Shown here: positions 56,701 through 64,000 of the stretch, piece after piece
How the letters are laid out: the number at the start of each line of letters is the position of its first letter
Position numbering within the stretch: position 1 is the first letter of the stretch
Source of the DNA: Longimicrobiales bacterium
GTDB taxonomy: Bacteria > Gemmatimonadota > Gemmatimonadetes > Longimicrobiales > Gaopeijiaceae
Length of the DNA: 64,000 bases
Direction of reading: 5' to 3'
NCBI GenBank assembly: GCA_965204735.1
Contig: OZ242008.1
Span: forward strand, 544,001-608,000
Notes under the pieces: generated by a model
Seen by the model: only the letters and a program-made list of their open reading frames with translations
What the model was told of the DNA's origin: nothing
Database searches by the model: none
Program-made: the position numbers and the translations under genes

Positions 56701-59700
56701 GTGCGGGGCGACGACGAGGTGGAGGACGACGAGACGGTGGTGCTGTCGCTGAGCGGCGCGACCGGCGCGGAGCTGGCGACTTCGACGGTCAGGGGCACGA
56801 TCGTGGACGACGACGAGGCGGCGCCGGCGCTGACGGTTCAGCGGTTCAACTTCCGCGGCCTGGGGGCTGCTGACAGCACGTACTATCTGAACGAAGTGGT
56901 GCGTGTGCGCGTGTTCTTCACGGAGCATGTGACGGTGGACACGTCGGGCGGCGAGCCGTACCTGGACCTGACGGTGGGCTCGACGACTCGGCGGGCCGCA
57001 TACAACTCCTCGCGGCAGAACTACCTGGGCTTCAGCTACCGGGTTCAGGCGGACGACTTCGACGGTGACGGTGTGAGCGTTCCGGCGAACGGGCTGAAGC
57101 TGAACGGCGCGACGGTGACGGCGAGGAACAACCCAGCGGTGGTCGCGGACCCTGCGCACGGCGTGGCGGAGGGCGGCTTGTCGCGCAAGGTGGACGGCAG
57201 CCAGCTCCGGCCGCAGGGGCCGACGCTCTCTGCGGGGGGGACGAGCGTGGTCGAGGGCGACTCGGGCGCGGAGACGGACCTCGAGTTCGCTGTGCGCCTT
57301 GCGCCGCCGGCGACGGCACGTGTGACGGTGGCGTACGCGGACGCGGGGAGCGGGACGGCGACGTCGGGGGTGGACTACGCGGAGATCGGGAGCGGGACGC
57401 TGACGTTCGAGCCGGGCGACACGCTGCAGACAGTGAGCGTGACGGTGCGGGGCGACGACGAGGTGGAGGACGACGAGACGGTGGTGCTGTCGTTGAGCGG
57501 CGCGACTGGTGCTGAACTGGCGACTTCGACGGTCAGAGGCACGATCGTGGACGACGACGAGGCGGCGCCGGCGCTGACCGTTCAGCGGTTCAACTTCCGC
57601 GGCTTGGGAGCCAGCGACAGCACGTACTATCTGAACGAAGTGGTGCGTGTGCGAGTGTTCTTCACGGAGCACGTGACGGTGGACACGTCGGGCGGCGAGC
57701 CGTACCTGGACCTGACGGTGGGTGCGACGACTCGGCGGGCCGCATACAACTCTTCGCGGCAGAACTACTTGGGCTTCAGCTACCGGGTTCAGGCGGACGA
57801 CTTCGACGGCGACGGCGTGAGCGTTCCGGCGAACGGGTTGAAGCTGAACGGCGCGGCGGTGACGGCGAGGAGCAACCCGGCGGTGGTCGCGGACCCTGCG
57901 CACGGCGTGGCGGAGGGCGGCTTGTCGCGCAAGGTGGACGGCAGCCAGCTCCGGCCGCAGGGGCCGACGCTCTCTGCGGGCGGGACGAGCGTGGTCGAGG
58001 GCGGCTCGGGCGCGGAGACGGACCTCGAGTTCGCTGTGCGCCTTGCGCCGCCGGCGACGTCTCGTGTGACGGTCGCCTACGCCGATGCGGGGAGCGGGAC
58101 GGCGACGTCGGGGGTGGACTACGCGGCGATCGAGGCAGGCACGCTGACGTTCGAGCCGGGCGAGACGTTGAAGACGGTGTGGGTGAAGGTGCGGGGCGAC
58201 GACGAGGTGGAGGACGACGAGACGGTGGTGCTGTCGCTGAGCGGTGCGACCGGCGCGGAGCTGGCGACTTCGACGGTCAGAGGCACGATCGTGGACGACG
58301 ACGAGGCGGCGCCGGCGCTGACGGTGCAGCGGTTCAACTTCCGCGGCTTGGGGGCCAGCGACAGCACGTACTATCTGAACGAAGTGGTGCGTGTGCGCGT
58401 GTTCTTCACGGAGCACGTGACGGTGGACACGTCGGGCGGCGAGCCGTACCTGGACCTGACGGTGGGCTCGACGACTCGGCGGGCCGACTACGGCTCCTCG
58501 CGGCAGAACTACCTGGACTTCCGGTACCGGGTTCAGGCGGACGACTTCGACGGCGACGGCGTGAGCGTTCCGGCGAACGGGCTGAAGCTGAACGGCGCGA
58601 CAGTGACGGCGAGGGACAACCCAGCGGTGGTCGCGGACCCTGCGCACGGCGTGGCGGAGGGCGGCTTGTCGCGCAAGGTGGACGGCAGCCAGCTCCGGCC
58701 GCAGGGGCCGACGCTCTCTGCGGGCGGGACGAGCGTGGTCGAGGGCGACTCGGGTGCGGAGACGGACCTCGAGTTCGCGGTGCGCCTTGCGCCGCCGGCG
58801 ACGGCGCGTGTGACGGTCGACTACGCCGATGCGGGGAGTGGGACGGCGACGTCGGGGGTGGACTACGCGGCGATCGAGGGCGGGACGCTGACGTTCGAGC
58901 CGGGCGACACGCTGCAGACGGTGAGCGTGACGGTGCGGGGCGACGACGAGGTGGAGGGCGACGAGACGGTGGTGCTGTCGTTGAGCGGTGCGACCGGCGC
59001 GGAGCTGGCGACTTCGACGATCACGGGGACGATCGTGGACGACGACGGGCCCGAGCCCCGCGGTCCAACGGTGGAGCGGATCGTCTTCCGCGGCTTGGCG
59101 GCCGGCGACAGCACGTACTACCGGGACGAAGTAGTGAGGGTGCGCGTGCGCTTTTTACAGCACGTCACGGTCGACACGACGGGCGGTGAGCCGTACCTGG
59201 ACCTGACGGTGGGCTCGACGACTCGGCGGGCCGACTACGGCTCTTCAAGGCAGAACTACCTGGACTTCCGGTACAGGGTACAGGCGGGCGACTTCGACGG
59301 CGACGGTGTGAGCATTCCGGCGAACGGGCTGAAGCTGAACGGCGCGACGGTCAAGGCGAGGAACGGCCCCGCGCTTGACGCGAACCCTGCGCACGGCACG
59401 GCGGAGGGCGGCGCGTCGCGCAAGGTGGACGGCAGCGGGCACCGGCCGCAGGGGCCGACGCTCTCTGCGGGCGGGTCGAGCGCGGCGGAGGGCGGTTCGA
59501 ACACAGAGACGGATCTGGAGTTCGCGGTGTGGCTTGGCCCGCCGGCGGCGTCTCGTGTGACGGTGGCGTACGCGGACGCGGGGAGCGGCACGGCGACGTC
59601 GGGGGTGGACTATGCGGCGATCGAAGCAGATACGCTGACGTTCGAGCCGGGCGAGACGCTCAAGACGGTGAGCGTGACGGTGCGGGGCGACGACGAGGTC

Positions 59701-62700
59701 GAGGACGACGAGACGGTGGCTCTGTCGTTGAGCGGCGCGAGTGGCGCCGAGTTGGCCAGCAGGACCGTGACGGGCACGATCGTGGACGACGACGGGTCCA
59801 GGCCGACCGTGTCGATCGACTCGGCCACGGTCCGCGAACCTGGGCCCGGAGAGGCGGTCGCCCTCTCCTTCACGGTGTCGCTCAGCGCGCCGTCGGCCAG
59901 GCAAGTGACGGTCCGGTACGCGGACGCTGGCACGGGCACGGCGACGCCCGGCGGCGACTACGACGCGGTGACGCCCGGCACAGTGGTGTTCGCCGCGGGC
60001 GACACGGTCCAGACGGTGGAAGTGACGGTCAGGGGCGACGTGCTGGACGAGCCGGTCGAGACGATCGTGCTGGCGCTGGCCGGCCCGGTCAACGCGGACA
60101 TTCCGAACGGCGGCGCAAGGGGTGTGGGCACGATCGTGGACGACGACGACGCGCCGACCCTTTCGGCTGACTCGCCTTCGGTCGAAGAGGGCAAAGGCGA
60201 GGGCCGGCGCCTGACGTTCACGCTTGCGCTGGACCGCCCCAGCGGCCGCGGCTTGGCGCTGTACTACGCCGACGCTGGCACGGGCACGGCCACGTCGGGC
60301 GCCGACTATGAGGAAGTTGTGCCGGACACCCTCTTCTTCGAGCCGGGGGAGACGACGAAGTCGATCGACGTGATGGTGGTGGGGGACACGCTTCAGGAAC
60401 TTGACGAGACCGTGGTTCTGCGGCTGTCTGCCGCCGATTCTTCGCTGCTGGCGGTATCCAAGGCGCTGATCGCCGGCACGATCGTAGACGACGACGGCGA
60501 AGACTTGGCGCCTTCGTTCGGCGACGCGGTGGTTCCGGCGCAGCGCTGGGTCCGGGCCTGCGAGGTCCGGGCCGTGCAGCTGCCTGCGGCCGAGGGGGGC
60601 AACACGCCTCTGACGTACGGGCTGGCGCCCGCGCTGCCTCTGGGGCTGGCGTTCGATGCCGGACGTCGGACGATTGCCGGCACGCCCGAGCGGGAGCAGC
60701 CGGTCACCAACTACCGCTACACGGCGACGGACGCGGACGGGGATTCGGCGACGTTGAGCTTCACGGCCCAGGTCGAGTTGCTCGAATGCGGCTTGGAGGC
60801 CGACGGGCTGGATGCCGACGGGGAGCCGGAGGCAGCGGACGCGGCAAGCAGCGAAACGCCGTCGATTGGCGACGCTGGAGACTTTGACGCCGAGCAGGAA
60901 GCGTTTTCGGAGGACGCAACGGCGGTCTCGATGCATCAAGAAGACGATGCGGAGGGCGGTTTGGCAACCGATCCGGTGGTTGGTGCCCAGTCGTCGGCGC
61001 TGACGGTGCAGCGGATCGTCTTCCGCGGCTTGGCGGTGGGCGACAGCACGTACTATCTGAACGAAGTAGTGCGGGTGCGCGTGTTCTTCACGCAGCACGT
61101 CACATTGAACACGTCGGGTGGCAAGCCGTACCTGGACCTGACGGTGGGCACGACGACTCGGCGAGCCGAATTCGGCTCCAAGAGGCAGAACTACCTGGAC
61201 TTCCGGTACAGGGTTCAGGCGGACGACTTCGACGGCGACGGCGTGAGCGTTCCTGCGAGCGGCTTGAAGCTGAACGGCGCGCGGATCACTGCGCAGAACG
61301 ATACTTCGGCCCACGCAAACATCGCTCACGACTCGGCGGCGGGAGGCGCGTCGCGGAAGGTGGACGGCAGCAAGTACCGGCCGCCGAGGGTGCGCAGCGT
61401 GACGTTCACCAACTCGCCGGCCAGTGGCGGCACGTACGGCTACGGCGAGAAGATCGAGGCCACGGTCGCCTTTGACCGTCGCGTGTTGGTGAGCACGACG
61501 GGCGGAACGCCAAGCTTGACGTTGACGATCGGCGCGGGCGCCAGGCAAGCGACGCTGTCCGATCGGCCAGGGACGCGGACGCGGCTGACGTTCTCGTACA
61601 CAGTGCAGGCAGGCGACGTGGCTCCCGGCGGCGCGAGCATCGCGGCCAACGCCTTGCGCCTGAACGGCGGGACGATCACGAGCGACGCCGACAGCGCCAC
61701 CAATGCGGCCCTCGCCCACGGGGGCGTCAGGGCCGACACGACCCGCCGTGTGGACGGTCGGCGGGGACGGCCGCCGAAAGTCGGAGAGATCGCCTTCGGC
61801 GCACCGGCCCCGACGGACAGCGTCTACTACCGGGGCGACTCGATCACGGTGCGCGTGGCGTTCGACGACTCGGTCGCGGTGGACACGACGAGCGGCAAGC
61901 CGCAAGTGGCGTTGACGATCGGGACGGCGACGCGACAGGCGGCGCTTTCGGCGCGCGCGGGAAAGACGCTGGACTTCGTGTACGTCGTGCAGGCGACGGA
62001 CCGGGATTCGGACGGCGTGAGCATCGCGGCCAACGCGCTGGCGCTGAACGGCGCGACGATAAGGGGAACGGGGGCTGCGGCGGCCCGCAACGCCGACGTG
62101 ACGCATCCGCCAGTGGCGGCGAGCGCGGCGCGGACGGTCGACGGAAGCAAGGTGGGGGCGCCGAAGGTCAGCAGCGTGGCGTTCGCCGGCTTGCCGCCCG
62201 ACGGCGACACCTACCACTACGGCGACGAGGTTCGGGTCCAGGTCGTCTTTGACGGGAGGGTTGCGGTGGACACGGTCGGAGGGAAGCCGCAGCTCGCGCT
62301 GTCGATGGGGACGCGGCGACGGCAAGCGGTCTTTGCGCCTTCAGCGAGCACGGGCACGACTCTTGTGTTTGCGTACAGGGTGCAGTCGGCGGACGTGGAC
62401 AGCGACGGGGCGAGCATCGCGGCGAACGCGTTGGCGCTGAACGGCGGCTCGATCAAAGCCGAAGCGGACAGCGCGACGGCGGCGCTTGTGACGCACGATT
62501 CGCTGGCGGCCGACCCGGCGAGGAAGGTGGACGGCAGGCCACGGATCACGAGTCTGGAGTTCTACGATCCGCCTTCGAGCGTCCTGCCGTCGGCGGGCGT
62601 GTACGGATTCGGAGAGCGGATACGGATACTGGCGCGCTACGATCAGAAGTTGATTTTGGACGATAGGGCGTGGGTGTCGCTGGAAGTGGGGACGGACACG

Positions 62701-64000
62701 GTGCAGGTGCGGTCGAGCTGGAGGCTTCGGATGGGGGACCGTGCGCTTCTATTTACGTATGTGGTGGGGCAGGGGGCGATGGACTCGGACGGCGTGCGGG
62801 TGCCGAAGGGCGCGTTGAGCCTGAACGGCGGCATGCTGAAGGCGGACTCGGACGGCGTGACGCGGGCGAGGCTGGACCATGGGGGGATTCCGGCCGACAG
62901 CAGCCGCAGAGTGAACGGGAGCGTGAAGCCGGCTCCGCGACCCGTGGTCACGTTGGTCGACGATCCGCCGGCAAGCGGCAACACGTACACGTGGAACGAG
63001 CGCATAGAGGCGTCGGTCTACTTTAGCGTGGACGTGCGTGTGACGGGCAGGCCGCGGCTGACGATGAACGTGGGGACGGGTACGCGGCAGCTGGTCGCCG
63101 ACGAGTACGGAGGGCGAGGGCCGCTGACGTTCGAGTACGTCGTGCAGGCGGCGGACATGGACGCGGACGGCATCAGCTTTCCGGCGAACGCATTGTCGCT
63201 GCCGAGCGGGGCGACGATCCGGTCGGCGGCCGACACCAGCGTCCATGCAGTCCTGTCGCATGATTCGGTGCCGGCCGATCCGCAACGAAAGGTGGACGGG
63301 CAAAGCGTTCAGGCGCCGAAGGTGGTGCGGACCTTCATCGGCCCGCCCCCGTCGCGCGACAACACGTACACGCGAGGCGAGACGTTCTTCACGTCGATGG
63401 TCTTCGACCGGGACGTGGCGGTGGACGCGACGGGAGGCCGGCCCCGGGTCGCGCTGGAGATCGGGGATTCGACGCGGTATGCAACGTACTGGGGTCCCGC
63501 TCGTGGCAGACCTCAGGAGTTGCAGTTCGTTTACGTCGTGCAGGCTGGAGACCGGGACGCGGACGGCGTCAGCATCAAGGCGAACGGGTTGTCGGCGAAT
63601 GGCGGCTCGATCACCCTGCTGGGCGACACTACGCCCGCGGTGCTGTCGCACGGCAGGCTTCCGACGGGGTACAAGGTGGACGGCGGCCGCGTGGGCGCTC
63701 CGCACGCGCGATGGGCGGCGTTCAACGCTCCGGTGAAGGGGGACACGTACCTTCGAGGCGAGCGGATCGAGGTGACGATCAGCTTCGACCGTGTCGCGTC
63801 GGTGGACACGGCCGGGGGACGGCCGCGGATCGCGTTGCAGGTGGGGGACTCGACGCGGTACGCGACGTACCTGGGCCCTTCGCGCGCGCAAGCGCACATC
63901 GCACTTGGCTACGTGGTGCGGGCTGGGGACCGGGACGCGGACGGGCTGAGCATCGGGGCGAACGCCTTGGAGCTGAACGGCGGCACGATCACGGCGCCGG
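53734..64000 (+). CDS. Giant repetitive secreted or surface protein (>3,400 aa; Calx-beta, DxDxDG beta-repeats, one Ig-like domain), 3' truncated by window
   Basis: Frame 1 reads from ATG 53734 (signal-like VVTFVLLVLIGAAPSSRAEA) to the window end (NALELNGGTITAP). About 9 Calx-beta units (GTATSGVDY...GTLTFEPG...DDEVE.DETVVLSLS...GTIVDDD). Missing from the ORF track, apparently because it has no stop in the window. Confidence 0.9.
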   Translation, partial: MRAAVPGVRDSVCGGKAWTGVVTFVLLVLIGAAPSSRAEAHFDGDGVSIPANGLKLNGAAVKARNGPALDANPAHGAAEGGASRKVDGSGHRPDADGDPEAVDAASSETPSIDDVGDFDAEREVLSEDASAVLMHQDVDAEGGLATEPVVGAQSSALTVQRFNFRGLAAGDSTYYRDEVVRVRVFFTQHVTVNTSGGEPYLDLTVGSTTRRADYGSSRQNYLDFRYRVQADDFDGDGVSVPANGLKLNGATVIARNNPAVVADPAHGVAEGGLSRKVDGSQFRPPGLAVDRIDFRSAPEGDSTYYRDEIVRVRVFFTQQIAVDASGGLPSVDLTVGTETRRAVMGSRSWNQHRLELRYVVQAGDFDGDGVSVQANSLSLNGAVVTAQGDASVVAETGHGAVEGGASQKVDGSQYRPQGPTLSGEGASVAEGGAGAETDLGFAVRLAPAAASRVTVEYADAGSGTATSGVDYAAIEGGTLTFEPGDTLKTVWVKVRGDDEVEGDETVVLSLSGATGAELATSTVRGTIVNDDEAAPVLTVQRFNFRGLGASDSTYYLNEVVRVRVFFTEHVTVDTSGGEPYLDLTVGSTTRRAAYNSSRQNYLGFSYRVQADDFDGDGVSVPANGLKLNGATVTARNNPAVVADPAHGVAEGGLSRKVDGSQLRPQGPTLSAGGTSVVEGDSGAETDLEFAVRLAPPAASRVTVDYADAGSGTATSGVDYAAIGSGTLTFEPGDTLQTVSVTVRGDDEVEDDETVVLSLSGATGAELATSTVRGTIVDDDEAAPALTVQRFNFRGLGAADSTYYLNEVVRVRVFFTEHVTVDTSGGEPYLDLTVGSTTRRAAYNSSRQNYLGFSYRVQADDFDGDGVSVPANGLKLNGATVTARNNPAVVADPAHGVAEGGLSRKVDGSQLRPQGPTLSAGGTSVVEGDSGAETDLEFAVRLAPAAASRVTVDYADAGSGTATSGVDYAAIGSGTLTFEPGDTLKTVSVTVRGDDEVEDDETVVLSLSGATGAELATSTVRGTIVDDDEAAPALTVQRFNFRGLGAADSTYYLNEVVRVRVFFTEHVTVDTSGGEPYLDLTVGSTTRRAAYNSSRQNYLGFSYRVQADDFDGDGVSVPANGLKLNGATVTARNNPAVVADPAHGVAEGGLSRKVDGSQLRPQGPTLSAGGTSVVEGDSGAETDLEFAVRLAPPATARVTVAYADAGSGTATSGVDYAEIGSGTLTFEPGDTLQTVSVTVRGDDEVEDDETVVLSLSGATGAELATSTVRGTIVDDDEAAPALTVQRFNFRGLGASDSTYYLNEVVRVRVFFTEHVTVDTSGGEPYLDLTVGATTRRAAYNSSRQNYLGFSYRVQADDFDGDGVSVPANGLKLNGAAVTARSNPAVVADPAHGVAEGGLSRKVDGSQLRPQGPTLSAGGTSVVEGGSGAETDLEFAVRLAPPATSRVTVAYADAGSGTATSGVDYAAIEAGTLTFEPGETLKTVWVKVRGDDEVEDDETVVLSLSGATGAELATSTVRGTIVDDDEAAPALTVQRFNFRGLGASDSTYYLNEVVRVRVFFTEHVTVDTSGGEPYLDLTVGSTTRRADYGSSRQNYLDFRYRVQADDFDGDGVSVPANGLKLNGATVTARDNPAVVADPAHGVAEGGLSRKVDGSQLRPQGPTLSAGGTSVVEGDSGAETDLEFAVRLAPPATARVTVDYADAGSGTATSGVDYAAIEGGTLTFEPGDTLQTVSVTVRGDDEVEGDETVVLSLSGATGAELATSTITGTIVDDDGPEPRGPTVERIVFRGLAAGDSTYYRDEVVRVRVRFLQHVTVDTTGGEPYLDLTVGSTTRRADYGSSRQNYLDFRYRVQAGDFDGDGVSIPANGLKLNGATVKARNGPALDANPAHGTAEGGASRKVDGSGHRPQGPTLSAGGSSAAEGGSNTETDLEFAVWLGPPAASRVTVAYADAGSGTATSGVDYAAIEADTLTFEPGETLKTVSVTVRGDDEVEDDETVALSLSGASGAELASRTVTGTIVDDDGSRPTVSIDSATVREPGPGEAVALSFTVSLSAPSARQVTVRYADAGTGTATPGGDYDAVTPGTVVFAAGDTVQTVEVTVRGDVLDEPVETIVLALAGPVNADIPNGGARGVGTIVDDDDAPTLSADSPSVEEGKGEGRRLTFTLALDRPSGRGLALYYADAGTGTATSGADYEEVVPDTLFFEPGETTKSIDVMVVGDTLQELDETVVLRLSAADSSLLAVSKALIAGTIVDDDGEDLAPSFGDAVVPAQRWVRACEVRAVQLPAAEGGNTPLTYGLAPALPLGLAFDAGRRTIAGTPEREQPVTNYRYTATDADGDSATLSFTAQVELLECGLEADGLDADGEPEAADAASSETPSIGDAGDFDAEQEAFSEDATAVSMHQEDDAEGGLATDPVVGAQSSALTVQRIVFRGLAVGDSTYYLNEVVRVRVFFTQHVTLNTSGGKPYLDLTVGTTTRRAEFGSKRQNYLDFRYRVQADDFDGDGVSVPASGLKLNGARITAQNDTSAHANIAHDSAAGGASRKVDGSKYRPPRVRSVTFTNSPASGGTYGYGEKIEATVAFDRRVLVSTTGGTPSLTLTIGAGARQATLSDRPGTRTRLTFSYTVQAGDVAPGGASIAANALRLNGGTITSDADSATNAALAHGGVRADTTRRVDGRRGRPPKVGEIAFGAPAPTDSVYYRGDSITVRVAFDDSVAVDTTSGKPQVALTIGTATRQAALSARAGKTLDFVYVVQATDRDSDGVSIAANALALNGATIRGTGAAAARNADVTHPPVAASAARTVDGSKVGAPKVSSVAFAGLPPDGDTYHYGDEVRVQVVFDGRVAVDTVGGKPQLALSMGTRRRQAVFAPSASTGTTLVFAYRVQSADVDSDGASIAANALALNGGSIKAEADSATAALVTHDSLAADPARKVDGRPRITSLEFYDPPSSVLPSAGVYGFGERIRILARYDQKLILDDRAWVSLEVGTDTVQVRSSWRLRMGDRALLFTYVVGQGAMDSDGVRVPKGALSLNGGMLKADSDGVTRARLDHGGIPADSSRRVNGSVKPAPRPVVTLVDDPPASGNTYTWNERIEASVYFSVDVRVTGRPRLTMNVGTGTRQLVADEYGGRGPLTFEYVVQAADMDADGISFPANALSLPSGATIRSAADTSVHAVLSHDSVPADPQRKVDGQSVQAPKVVRTFIGPPPSRDNTYTRGETFFTSMVFDRDVAVDATGGRPRVALEIGDSTRYATYWGPARGRPQELQFVYVVQAGDRDADGVSIKANGLSANGGSITLLGDTTPAVLSHGRLPTGYKVDGGRVGAPHARWAAFNAPVKGDTYLRGERIEVTISFDRVASVDTAGGRPRIALQVGDSTRYATYLGPSRAQAHIALGYVVRAGDRDADGLSIGANALELNGGTITAP
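54979..59800 (+). repeat. 744-bp coding tandem repeat (Calx-beta plus beta-domain), about 6.5 copies
   Basis: CCGCAGGGG anchor at 54979, 55723, 56467, 57211, 57955, 58699 and 59446. Confidence 0.95.

Noticed and set aside
54979..59800. Diversity-generating retroelement template and variable repeats
   Set aside because: No reverse transcriptase, differences are not adenine-specific, and all copies are in-frame coding domains.
53641..63899. Long minus-strand ORFs (428, 1193, 1026 and 382 aa) over the repeat region
   Set aside because: Arg/His-rich antisense shadows of the plus-strand giant protein.

Overview
High-GC (roughly 70% by eye) bacterial chromosome segment. Gene content and order suggest Gemmatimonadota, possibly a host- or sponge-associated lineage (inference). 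It holds: (i) envelope and periplasmic genes (two DUF5916 outer-membrane proteins, a PorV-like barrel, hydrolases, a Tat-exported AKR and amidase); (ii) a decaying module of a CxxC protein pseudogene, a 6-Cys peptide missed by the ORF track and two beta-propeller lipoproteins (10.3-13.3 kb); (iii) a housekeeping run yqeY-mutS2-dnaG-Zn ribbon-recJ-rsmD-coaD-pta-rsbV/W/U-like-rsmA; (iv) a partial LysW-type lysine cluster (lysW-lysX-lysY); (v) a partly lower-GC defence island (DUF262/HNH nuclease converging on a coupled AAA ATPase, Zn-ribbon amino-methyltransferase and PD-(D/E)xK nuclease operon); (vi) a dipeptidase with an SSS symporter, a desaturase-thrB-thrC run and a DRB0094-type RNA ligase; (vii) a giant (>3,400 aa) repetitive Calx-beta surface protein that runs off the right end and is absent from the ORF track. 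I recognised no rRNA, tRNA, CRISPR array, transposase or integrase. Family assignments come from motif recognition by eye, not from database searches.
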